Of a stretch of 64,000 bases of DNA, positions 41,627 through 49,366 are shown piece by piece. Origin of the DNA: a virus; IMG/VR virus record IMGVR_UViG_3300045125_000140, positions 1 through 64,000 of that record. One strand, written 5' to 3'. Each line of letters begins with the position of its first letter. The stretch's first letter is position 1. The notes beneath the pieces are model-generated. The model worked only from the letters and a program-made list of their open reading frames with translations. It did not search any database and was not told the origin of the DNA. The translations under genes and the position numbers were made by a program.

Positions 41627-41800
41627 AACCCAATTACACCCAATTAGGCCAAAAATAGCCATTTTTGTCATATTTTGGCTATATAGGCGGTTTTTAGGCC
41701 AAAATAGGCTATTTTAGCCCAAAATAGCCCAAAATGCCCTATTTTGGCCTAAAATGGCCTATTTAGCCCCTATAGGGCCAAAAACAGGGGTATTTTATGG
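41621..41800. repeat. 10-bp-phased degenerate repeat array (A/T tract + GC-rich tract)
   Basis: Units such as aaaataggct attttagccc aaaatagccc aaaatgccct attttggcct aaaatggcct in exact 10-bp register. Confidence 0.85.
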
Positions 41801-41814
41801 CACAAGAATAATAG
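41779..41814 (+). promoter_or_regulatory. Phage promoter copy 2
   Basis: CAAA(41779)-N18-CACAAGAATAATAG. Confidence 0.7.
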
Positions 41815-42175
41815 AGGACATATTAGGTTGCAAACTAATGTGTTCTCAAACCCCGGGCATCGGACTAACTCACCGATGCTCTCAAGGGGTGCCCCCAAGG
41901 GCTGGCTCGACGAAGGAGCAGCCGCCGTATTAGGAACCGGCGAGGGGCAAGGTTGACACCAGACCTGATAAGGTGTCCCTCTACAACCAAAATGGTGAAT
42001 CTGCGAATCGAGTCGGCAGATTCTTAATTGTAGAGGCGGTAAGTCGCGGGAAGGTCCCGCCCATGGTATGGCTATACCCGCTCACCCTAGCGAAAAGGGG
42101 GGATGTGGCAAGTCCCTTAAACTTGTGCTCCGCATTCTACGGGCAGATTCATTGTGGGTCTGCCCGTGGAGTTCG
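41814..42175 (+). ncRNA. Candidate structured ncRNA or long structured 5' leader
   Basis: At least 8 stems, several with G-U pairs, starting directly after the promoter; no convincing ORF. Confidence 0.5.
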
Positions 42176-42208
42176 GTTCAAACAACATGTGAGCTGAAAG
42201 GAGTTTAG

Positions 42209-42364
42209 ATGAGGTTTGATTTTGAAAAAGAGTTAGTGTTCGACAAGACCGGCAAAGAGATAGGTTATTTGGAACCCACGTACAACGCCATGAACTGGCG
42301 TGTACTTTTATACGCGGAAAGCGGGCCTCCCATTCACTGGGGAGTAGCCTTTCCGACACCATGA
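42209..42364 (+). CDS. Small protein MRFDFEKELVFDKTGKEIG... (51 aa)
   Basis: AAAGGAG RBS 5 nt upstream of the ATG; below the ORF-track cutoff. Confidence 0.45.
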   Translation: MRFDFEKELVFDKTGKEIGYLEPTYNAMNWRVLLYAESGPPIHWGVAFPTP

Positions 42365-42443
42365 CCTCCGACACCTTGGATACGACGTCTCGTACGTTGT
42401 ATTCGAGGTGTCGAGAGACCAGGCGAAAGCTTGGAACATCGTC

Positions 42444-42473
42444 AAAGCGGGGGTTAGACCCCCGCTTTCTTTT
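42444..42473 (+). terminator. Intrinsic terminator
   Basis: AAAGCGGGGGT-TAG-ACCCCCGCTTT then CTTTT. Confidence 0.8.
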
Positions 42474-42477
42474 ACTC

Positions 42478-42513
42478 CAAATAATATTGAAAACTGCGTC
42501 ATAAGAATAATAG
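42478..42513 (+). promoter_or_regulatory. Phage promoter copy 3
   Basis: CAAA(42478)-N18-CATAAGAATAATAG. Confidence 0.75.
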
Positions 42514-42600
42514 AGAGAGTATTACCGGAGGTAGGGAAACTCTCTCCTAAACCTAGAGATCAGGAGGGTTCCTGATCCGTGGTTTAGTTCCTGTTCGACG

Positions 42601-43029
42601 ATGAATGAAAGAGGAAAACTTTCTTCGTTCGCTCAAAAAATGAGCGAACTCCTCGAGCTGCCGCACAGGCAGCTCGAGGATCTCCGAGAGGCTTCAAAGA
42701 AGTTTGAAGCCGTTCTCCTTTGGGAGGACGACGCGGACGACGAATGGGCGGACTTTGTGTCCGTCAGAGGTTGGATCGAGGTGGCGTATTTACGCCTGCT
42801 CGAGAGCAACCGAGTCCGCCCTGACTGGGATTCGGCGCTCGACGCACTCAAGTGCGTCGATGACGCGCTGGGGACCTTCACCTCGAGGGTGAAGGACCCC
42901 AAAGGCCGCAAGGAGGTCAATGACCTCCTCGAGGCCACCTGGGAGGTCCAGGCCGGCCTCAAGCCGGCTATCGATCGGCTCAGGCTCCGCCAACGGGTGG
43001 AGACTGAAGCACCCACCCTCAACGACTGA
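42601..43029 (+). CDS. Hypothetical protein (cassette 3)
   Basis: 142 aa; bounded by promoter and terminator. Confidence 0.7.
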   Translation: MNERGKLSSFAQKMSELLELPHRQLEDLREASKKFEAVLLWEDDADDEWADFVSVRGWIEVAYLRLLESNRVRPDWDSALDALKCVDDALGTFTSRVKDPKGRKEVNDLLEATWEVQAGLKPAIDRLRLRQRVETEAPTLND

Positions 43030-43035
43030 GGGTGG

Positions 43036-43076
43036 GAAGGCGGGGTTGGTCATGTGCCGGCCCCGCCTTCTTTTTT
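43036..43076 (+). terminator. Intrinsic terminator
   Basis: GAAGGCGGGG...CCCCGCCTTC then T6. Confidence 0.8.
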
Positions 43077-43080
43077 ACCT

Positions 43081-43116
43081 CAAATACTTCCACATATTGC
43101 GGCATAAGAATAATAG
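43081..43116 (+). promoter_or_regulatory. Phage promoter copy 4
   Basis: CAAA(43081)-N18-CATAAGAATAATAG. Confidence 0.75.
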
Positions 43117-43202
43117 AGAGGACATTACTTGGAAAGGTAAGAAGTCCTCTCCCCGACCAGGCGTCAGGAGGGTTCCTGAATATGGTTGGGTTCTGGCAGG
43201 TT

Positions 43203-43463
43203 ATGACGAACAGCAACAACAACTTGCCGCCGGCTCAACCGGCGGCTGCGGCGAAAGCTGCCGCCACGCCCAAGTGGGCGGTGGCGGCGGTGCTCGCCGC
43301 CATCACCCTCTCGGTGGTGGCGGCGGTGGTGGCCGCCTCGGCGAAGGCCGAGGCGCAGGCCAAGACGATCGTGTCCATCAAGGACACATCGTCTTGGTAC
43401 CAATCGTCGGTGTGGGTTGCGACCCACGCCGACGGCTCAACGTCCACCCTCACGACTAAGTGA
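43203..43463 (+). CDS. Small membrane-anchored/secreted protein (cassette 4)
   Basis: MTNSNNN start chosen because the longer ORF-track start crosses a terminator and a promoter; hydrophobic WAVAAVLAAITLSVVAAVVAA followed by AEAQA. Confidence 0.6.
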   Translation: MTNSNNNLPPAQPAAAAKAAATPKWAVAAVLAAITLSVVAAVVAASAKAEAQAKTIVSIKDTSSWYQSSVWVATHADGSTSTLTTK

Positions 43464-43542
43464 GGGTCGCGCCCCTCTCAGCTCGGAGCTGGGAGGGGCA
43501 AAACGCGGAGATGGATTGTCCCGCGTTTCTTTTACTCCGGAT

Positions 43543-43570
43543 AGCCGCTTGGGTTAAGGCGGCTTTTTTT
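43543..43570 (+). terminator. Intrinsic terminator (second of a tandem pair; first at 43500-43533)
   Basis: AGCCGCTT...AAGGCGGCT followed by a T-tract. Confidence 0.7.
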
Positions 43571-43586
43571 CACTATCATCATTGCT

Positions 43587-43622
43587 CAAATTTTATAGCA
43601 AATGATGGCATAAGAACTATGT
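43587..43622 (+). promoter_or_regulatory. Phage promoter copy 5
   Basis: CAAA(43587)-N18-CATAAGAACTATGT. Confidence 0.65.
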
Positions 43623-43644
43623 GCGCTTTTTAATTGGAGGTAGC

Positions 43645-44751
43645 ATGACGTTTCTCAATAAAGTTACGAATTCGTTGTCCGGCTTCTATCAGCCGGAGAA
43701 GTTCGCGAAGGTGCTGTCCCTCGCTCTCGCGAGCGGGCGGCATCTGGTCGTCTACGGACCTGCCGGTCACGGCAAGTCCGAGATGACACAAACAGCCCTC
43801 AAGGGGCTGGACCCCTTCGTGCTCTCGTTCGGCGAGGGCATGACCGAGGACAAAATCTACGGCGGCATAGACTTTGCCGCCATGAACCGCGCGGACTCGC
43901 CGGTTCTTCAGTTCAACGCGCAACACTCCTTCCTCGCGCACAGCATCGCTGTGTTCGAGGAGTTGTTCGACGCGCCGTCGAACGTCCTCCTGTCGCTGAA
44001 GGACACCCTCGCGGCGAAGGCTCTGCGCGCCGGCCACCAGCAGGTGGCGTCGAAGGTGAAGACCATCGTGGCTCTCACCAACAAGAGCCCGAGCGAGATG
44101 TCGGAGCTCGGTCCGTCGGTGCAGGCGCTGACCGAGCGCTTCCCGCTGCAGTACGAGATGCGGTGGGCAAATTACGACTCCAACGCGTACCGGCAAATGC
44201 TGGCCGCGGAAAAGTCGTGGGCAGAGGCGGGCATCGTCGAGTCCGACCTCGACGAGGTGCGGGAAAATTGCGGCCGCGTCGAAATCGGTGAGGACATGAT
44301 GGACGCGTACGCCACCGTGCTCGGCACCGCGGCCGACTCGGGTCGCCTGGTGTCGCCGCGCATCGCGCGGGCTGGCCTTGACGTGATCAAGGCATCGGCG
44401 GCGATTAACGCCCGCAGCTACGTTGAGGTGGAGGACCTCGCCGAGGTCACCTATCTCGGGATCGATGTCGGCGATTACGTCGACACGATCGAGCGGCGGA
44501 AGAGGACTCGGGAGGCCAGAGAGTCCCTCTCGGCTCTCGAGGAGCAGCTGACCGCGCTCAAGGGAGCGCTGGCGAGCGCATCCACGCCGATCCCGGCTCT
44601 TCAGGTCGGGAAGGCGGCAAAGGAGATCGCGAACCGCGCCAAGGCACTCGCGGTCACCGACGATCTCGTCAGGGCGCGAGAGAACATCGAGGCTGGGGCG
44701 AACGTCGTCGCAAAGGCCGCCGTCGAGCTGGCCACGAGCCTCACTCGATGA
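43645..44751 (+). CDS. MoxR/RavA-like AAA+ ATPase
   Basis: Walker A GPAGHGKS, Walker B VFEELFDA, sensor-I LTN, ALTERF arginine finger; GGAGG RBS before ATG 43645. Confidence 0.85.
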   Translation: MTFLNKVTNSLSGFYQPEKFAKVLSLALASGRHLVVYGPAGHGKSEMTQTALKGLDPFVLSFGEGMTEDKIYGGIDFAAMNRADSPVLQFNAQHSFLAHSIAVFEELFDAPSNVLLSLKDTLAAKALRAGHQQVASKVKTIVALTNKSPSEMSELGPSVQALTERFPLQYEMRWANYDSNAYRQMLAAEKSWAEAGIVESDLDEVRENCGRVEIGEDMMDAYATVLGTAADSGRLVSPRIARAGLDVIKASAAINARSYVEVEDLAEVTYLGIDVGDYVDTIERRKRTREARESLSALEEQLTALKGALASASTPIPALQVGKAAKEIANRAKALAVTDDLVRARENIEAGANVVAKAAVELATSLTR

Positions 44752-44881
44752 GGTTTTTCAGGAGTCCGGCGAACTATATCATGCCGTCGGACTACGAGCT
44801 CTCTGAGGGGCTCAAAAGAATCGGCTGACCGCAGAGCGTGATTTCTTTCACGACCTGATCGCGCGGTCAGCCGGAGGCGAG

Positions 44882-45952
44882 GTGGACACGAGCGTCGAGG
44901 CGGAGAACTACTCCGCGCGAGACTTCGTGAACTCCTTCGACCTGGAATCCGTTCCAGGCGATACGCCTATGAGGCGAGCTCTCTCGCTAATGAAGGCGTT
45001 GGAGCTGGTGGCCAAAGAGGCGCCGCCGGAGGTGGGCTCCAAGACCGCCCGCAAGGGATTTGCCCGCGCACTAAGCAGTGACGCGGTCACAAATGAGGGA
45101 GGCAAATTCACTTTCGCCTCCCCTGAAAAAACCGCGAGGCTGCTCAAAAAGCGGTTCGAGGCGGTAAAAGAGATGTCCGACGAGGAGCAGACAATTCTCG
45201 GCACCGACCCTGTCTCGATTATCAAGACGGGGTTGAAGGCCGGGGACTTCCTGAGGATCTCCAGGAAGCTCAAGCGATACGACAATTTCGCTCTCCGTCC
45301 CACTAACAAGGTGAAGGCCGACGTTAACGGGACGGACACGCGGATGCGTCCTATCAAGGACTTCTCGGAGATCGGCCGCGCGACGTCTGACTTCTGGGGC
45401 CTACCCAAGAGGCTCCAAAACTTCCGCATGGTGACCAACCAGGTCATGGTGCGGGAGAAGGTCAAGAAGGAGGATAAGAAGCAGCTGCTTTATATCCTCG
45501 TTGACGTCTCGGGGTCGATGAAGGACGGCGACCGCCGGGCAAAGGCGGTCGCGGTCGTTCTAAACCGACTCACGTCGGTTGTCCGGGGCGAAGCCGTCCT
45601 CATCGTGAGGACGTTCTCAAACCGCCTTCTCGATAGGTGGGAGGTTGAGGATGCGACCGACGCGAAGACCGTCATGAGTCGGATCGTAAATCACCCCTTC
45701 TCGGAGGGGTCGACCGCGATCGGAAATTGCACCGCCAGTGCGGTGCATGAGATCGAGCAAATGTCCGAAAGCGGGAGGTTTGAAGGAACCAAGCCCGACC
45801 TGGCCGTCGTTACTGATGGTCAGGATACGGTGGACATGCAGCTAGAGGAGCTCCACGGGATCAAGTTGCACGCATTCGTGTGCGACGGTGTGAACGAGGG
45901 GCTTACTCAGCTGGCGGTCAAGTCCGGCGGTTGCGGAGTCGGCAGCTTCTAG
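44882..45952 (+). CDS. vWA-domain protein (ViaA-like partner); true start probably 44748 with a frameshift at about 44806-44826
   Basis: MIDAS DVSGSM, GSTAI, VVTDG; an ATGA overlap with the ATPase stop reads MRFFRSPANYIMPSDYEL. Confidence 0.85.
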   Translation: MDTSVEAENYSARDFVNSFDLESVPGDTPMRRALSLMKALELVAKEAPPEVGSKTARKGFARALSSDAVTNEGGKFTFASPEKTARLLKKRFEAVKEMSDEEQTILGTDPVSIIKTGLKAGDFLRISRKLKRYDNFALRPTNKVKADVNGTDTRMRPIKDFSEIGRATSDFWGLPKRLQNFRMVTNQVMVREKVKKEDKKQLLYILVDVSGSMKDGDRRAKAVAVVLNRLTSVVRGEAVLIVRTFSNRLLDRWEVEDATDAKTVMSRIVNHPFSEGSTAIGNCTASAVHEIEQMSESGRFEGTKPDLAVVTDGQDTVDMQLEELHGIKLHAFVCDGVNEGLTQLAVKSGGCGVGSF

Positions 45953-45953
45953 G

Positions 45954-45985
45954 AAGAGGGGGCGCTTCATGCGCCCCTTCTTTTT
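45954..45985. terminator. Intrinsic terminator between convergent genes
   Basis: GGGGCGC-TTCAT-GCGCCCC then a T-rich tract. Confidence 0.75.
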
Positions 45986-46175
45986 ACTGCTCGTTATTTT
46001 TCGCTATAACGGCAGCTGTCGCGTCTTCCCACGACCAACCATCATTTGCCGCCTTGAGTCGCTTTATTTCCGCGATCTCTTCGGTGGTCAAAAACTTAGG
46101 AATAGGAACGTGATCGGGAATCCCTGACCGCAGAGATTCCCGTCTTCCTATCTGTCGTGCTCGTTCTTCGTTCAT
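45984..46175 (-). CDS. Hypothetical protein
   Basis: 63 aa; start overlaps the upstream stop. Confidence 0.5.
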   Translation of the reverse strand: MNEERARQIGRRESLRSGIPDHVPIPKFLTTEEIAEIKRLKAANDGWSWEDATAAVIAKNNEQ

Positions 46176-46408
46176 GTACCGAAGTAGGATTGTCGAAGTT
46201 GGCTCTGCTTATATTCTTCGGCTTCCTTCTTCGCACGATCGGACTGCCCGGAGGTTAGGCCCTTACCGAAGGCGTAGGAACCGATCGCGAGTGGGACACC
46301 GAGAACGGCCAAAGTTTTCATCCAGCTACCAATACCAGCCCGCTTCTCGAGCGGTGTCGACTCGTACAAATTGGAGACGAAGCTTTTTGTAAACAGGCTG
46401 GTATTCAT
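46172..46408 (-). CDS. Leader-like small membrane protein
   Basis: SFVSNLYESTPLEKRAG followed by a hydrophobic segment. Confidence 0.6.
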   Translation of the reverse strand: MNTSLFTKSFVSNLYESTPLEKRAGIGSWMKTLAVLGVPLAIGSYAFGKGLTSGQSDRAKKEAEEYKQSQLRQSYFGT

Positions 46409-46418
46409 AGGACCTCTA

Positions 46419-46622
46419 TCAGTCTTCGTATTCTTCGGTGTCGTCTACCCGCTCATAGTCGGGTTCGCCGCCATCGTCGGAATACTCCTCATCTGAGTCG
46501 GTATCAGACTCTTCGTCGGAGGTATCCTCGTAGTCCTCGTCAGCGGCATCCGAGTCGTCCTCGGGTTCAGGCTGATTGGGCGCGGCGAGTTTGTAAAGCT
46601 CATCTTCGTCTAAATGGGTCAT
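46419..46622 (-). CDS. Very acidic small protein
   Basis: DELYKLAA then a D/E-rich tract; AAGGAGG RBS. Confidence 0.6.
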   Translation of the reverse strand: MTHLDEDELYKLAAPNQPEPEDDSDAADEDYEDTSDEESDTDSDEEYSDDGGEPDYERVDDTEEYED

Positions 46623-46670
46623 GGTGGTCCTCCTTGCAGGACATCTTCAGTATAATCGGTTGGGAGGGAT

Positions 46671-47012
46671 ATGGTTAGTACGGCTAAAATAAGGAGAATG
46701 GCCGAGCTGCTGAGCAAAATCAATGATATTATCAGCAGGTCCGCGGTCATCGCCTTATCTCAAATCAATGAACACACTCCGCCGCATAAACGATTTATCG
46801 AGCGGGTGATGTTCGATGCGATCCTAGAATCGATCGCAAATACTCACGAATCCGAGATCCAGCAATTCATGCAGGATTTTCGGGAGATCGCTTCTATGCT
46901 CCGAGAATTCTCTGCCGACGACTTTAAGCAGGCGTTGGCTCAATCCGTAGTGGCGTCGGCCAGTCCGGACGGTTGGGCGATGCTTCTGTCTATTACAGGA
47001 GGGCGAGAGTAA
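46671..47012 (+). CDS. Hypothetical protein
   Basis: GGGAGG RBS; TATAAT at 46651. Confidence 0.6.
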   Translation: MVSTAKIRRMAELLSKINDIISRSAVIALSQINEHTPPHKRFIERVMFDAILESIANTHESEIQQFMQDFREIASMLREFSADDFKQALAQSVVASASPDGWAMLLSITGGRE

Positions 47013-47359
47013 TGTTTTGGATTATCGTTACAGCAATTGTCTGCACATATATCGGGCGTCGGCTCTCGGCCTCCAAAATCAATATTCCTCAAGTAATCGT
47101 TCACCCTATTGATGGGGTGCTCGGGTACATCAGAAGAGGAAACGACGTGGGCTGTAGCGCCTACGCAATTATCGTGATGGATGACGGCAGGGTTAACTCC
47201 CCCGTCAGAGTCGAGGTCATTCCCGGAAACGGGAGGAACCTTGAGTCATTCAACGTTACTGGTCATGCATTCGAGCGGCCTTCGCCAGATCAGGTGTCCC
47301 GCCGAATAGCCATGATCATAGCCCAAGGGCATTTTAAATATCTGGAAGAAAAGAGATGA
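47012..47359 (+). CDS. Hypothetical membrane-anchored protein
   Basis: AGGAGG RBS, TAATG overlap, N-terminal MFWIIVTAIVCTYIG. Confidence 0.55.
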   Translation: MFWIIVTAIVCTYIGRRLSASKINIPQVIVHPIDGVLGYIRRGNDVGCSAYAIIVMDDGRVNSPVRVEVIPGNGRNLESFNVTGHAFERPSPDQVSRRIAMIIAQGHFKYLEEKR

Positions 47360-47481
47360 GCAAGGCAAAGATAAATAAAGCAATAAGGCTCTTAAAGAAC
47401 ACCGACGTGCGACCTTTCGTGTCGCTCACGCTTCTGCGGTATCTTCTAGCTCAAAAGAAGAAGAAAAAGAAACCTGAATAA
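47356..47481 (+). CDS. Small basic protein (41 aa)
   Basis: ATGA overlap; MSKAKINKAIRLLK...KKKKKKPE; ends at a terminator. Confidence 0.4.
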   Translation: MSKAKINKAIRLLKNTDVRPFVSLTLLRYLLAQKKKKKKPE

Positions 47482-47487
47482 TCAGGG

Positions 47488-47520
47488 ATAAGTGGGGATA
47501 GCTACCCCACTTATTTTTTA
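47488..47520. terminator. Intrinsic terminator
   Basis: ATAAGTGGGG...CCCCACTTAT then a T-tract. Confidence 0.75.
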
Positions 47521-47522
47521 CC

Positions 47523-47846
47523 TCAATTAGCTACTGCGCCAGGAGGTGCGGATGACTGGAACGACATGCTCGCTCCGCCGGTGGGGTCTTTACCGCCACG
47601 GAAGGCGTTAACTGCGTTTCTGATTCCAGTGAGCTTTTCGTGCCACCCACCAAGTGGGTTGTCGGTACCTTCTCCCATACCAGCTTGTCCTGCCGATTGA
47701 CCGCCGCGAATCGCTCCCATCGCCGATAGGCCGCTGGCGAGGGCGCCAGCACCTCTAAGAGCTGTCCCGACTACGCCAATAAACCCAACCTTAGTCAGCT
47801 CGTCGGTAAAACCGAATTCGATCTTGGAAAGTCTTGAATCACGCAT
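47523..47846 (-). CDS. Leader-family Gly-rich protein
   Basis: IEFGFTDELTKVG. Confidence 0.7.
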   Translation of the reverse strand: MRDSRLSKIEFGFTDELTKVGFIGVVGTALRGAGALASGLSAMGAIRGGQSAGQAGMGEGTDNPLGGWHEKLTGIRNAVNAFRGGKDPTGGASMSFQSSAPPGAVAN

Positions 47847-48171
47847 TCGGAGCTCCGACCTGCTGCGCCATCAGCGCCTTCTCTTTCATAGCCTGATTCT
47901 TCAGAAATCCGGAAAGACCTCCGAGAATGGATCCGCCGAGAAGAAGGCCGCCCGAGAGCAGTGGGCTCATCGAAGCGAAGTTACCGGCGTTAGCGATCGC
48001 CGTTCCAAGAAGTCCGGTGGCGGCACCGCCGGCGACGCTCTTCCCGACGCTTTGAGATCCTGGAGCAAGCATCCCGCCCATTAAAGATCCCCAAACCGCG
48101 GGGCTCATGTCCGCAGTTTTTTGGAGTTCGTCCATGAACGCGCGTTCGATTATGTCAATCTTTATAGTCAA
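47839..48171 (-). CDS. Leader-family Gly-zipper protein
   Basis: IERAFMDELQKTA. Confidence 0.7.
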   Translation of the reverse strand: MTIKIDIIERAFMDELQKTADMSPAVWGSLMGGMLAPGSQSVGKSVAGGAATGLLGTAIANAGNFASMSPLLSGGLLLGGSILGGLSGFLKNQAMKEKALMAQQVGAPNA

Positions 48172-48182
48172 AGTTGTGTCCC

Positions 48183-48779
48183 TCAGCGCACCGGGTTTGG
48201 GGGAAGCTGTCCGGCTTTAATCTTAGCGAGGGCGAGCTCGTTTTGGTATTTGTTTGCTTTCGTAAATCCGGCAACGCCGCCCATCAAGGCACCCAGCCCG
48301 AGTATGGGCAAAGAGGCCATCGGATTTATTGCTGTCGCTCCGGTAGCCAGTAAGTTAAGTCCGTGAGTCAGACCGCCTATGCCTAATCCGCCGATTAAGC
48401 CTCTACCGAACCCACCGGCCCTAGACATGCCAGGTTTAGCTAACATACTCCCGCCGTACATCATACCGTAGAGAGCGGGGCTGATGAGGGGGAACGAAGA
48501 TTTTACGGCGCCGTCGGCGACCCCAACTCCTGGAGTCAGCTTAGCGGCTGCAGCCGGATCAGCGGCACTCGATGTTATATGCGCGTCCGCTCCAGTGTCG
48601 TGGAGCATGTTGTGGCCGAAGGACTTAATCCCGCTCCAAGTAGAATCGGCTATTCCTTTGATATTTTCGCCAACGCCTTTAAGCCCTGCGCCTATGGAGC
48701 TGAAATCGACGCCTTCTAAAAATCCGAGTTTTTCAAGCTCGGAAATAAATCCACGTTGTATAGCGTCTGAGCGGTCCAT
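48183..48779 (-). CDS. Leader-family Gly-zipper protein
   Basis: IQRGFISELEKLG. Confidence 0.7.
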   Translation of the reverse strand: MDRSDAIQRGFISELEKLGFLEGVDFSSIGAGLKGVGENIKGIADSTWSGIKSFGHNMLHDTGADAHITSSAADPAAAAKLTPGVGVADGAVKSSFPLISPALYGMMYGGSMLAKPGMSRAGGFGRGLIGGLGIGGLTHGLNLLATGATAINPMASLPILGLGALMGGVAGFTKANKYQNELALAKIKAGQLPPNPVR

Positions 48780-48820
48780 CTACCTATAAGTTTAGCTTCG
48801 GCTTTGGGCTGATCCACAAA

Positions 48821-49351
48821 TCAAAGTTCCGGGAAGAACACCTGGTCGTTTCTTCTATAATCTTTGGTTTTGTGCCACAGATCGGGATCAACAAAAGACG
48901 GGTCGTAAAAGCGGATATAGTTGTTCGGATATAGAACTAAATGGCCGTTGTTGAGCAGAAGAAGATTAAGCGGCTTGTGCTGCTCCGGAGATCGGATGAA
49001 CCCGCCGTCATACCAATCCAGGATCATTCCGGAGTGTCGGCCGCTAACTCCTCCGACCTCGCAACCCAGCCCTTCCAGATAGGGCATGTGCGACATGAAC
49101 GGCTGAGAACCCATGCAGCCCCATGGCTGGCACTGCTTATGGTCCCAGGTCGGCGGCGTATCTAGATGAGTGATCCCATGTAGGGGAACGCCCGACCAAT
49201 GCGCGCCAGTCTCAAGGAGCAGGTTTCCGTAAACAACCTGACCTGGCCGAGTATATAGCCCATGAAGGACGGCTCGAGTAGTGCCGGCGCATTTAGAAAT
49301 AAAAGAGTTAGAAACGATAACATAGAGGTGGTGCGGAAGTGCGGTGTGCAT
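48821..49351 (-). CDS. Hypothetical protein of a type common in phages
   Basis: GAHWSGVPLHG, CQPWGC, HK...L.NG....YPNN..RFYDPSF motif pattern, recognised from memory only. Confidence 0.6.
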   Translation of the reverse strand: MHTALPHHLYVIVSNSFISKCAGTTRAVLHGLYTRPGQVVYGNLLLETGAHWSGVPLHGITHLDTPPTWDHKQCQPWGCMGSQPFMSHMPYLEGLGCEVGGVSGRHSGMILDWYDGGFIRSPEQHKPLNLLLLNNGHLVLYPNNYIRFYDPSFVDPDLWHKTKDYRRNDQVFFPEL

Positions 49352-49366
49352 TTATCCAGCTGGTCA

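Noticed and set aside
41885-42190. tmRNA (GGGGTG...CTCGACG start, GGTTCAAA near the end)
   Set aside because: No closing T-stem or acceptor ending in CCA and no clear tag ORF.
43032-43202. ORF-track N-terminal extension of the cassette 4 gene (and 62976-63053 for the HTH gene)
   Set aside because: The extensions run through a terminator/promoter or a tRNA; downstream ATGs fit better.
40733-43622. Repeated GGCATAAGAATAATAG as a CRISPR array
   Set aside because: Spacing is 500-1050 bp and irregular, the intervals contain genes and terminators, and no cas genes are present; it fits a promoter.
26-45952. Chromosomal eCIS/T6SS locus instead of a phage
   Set aside because: No host housekeeping genes in 64 kb; tRNAs, holin-like gene, phage DUF modules and early-type cassettes favour a phage. 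Not fully excluded, because no capsid gene is in the window.
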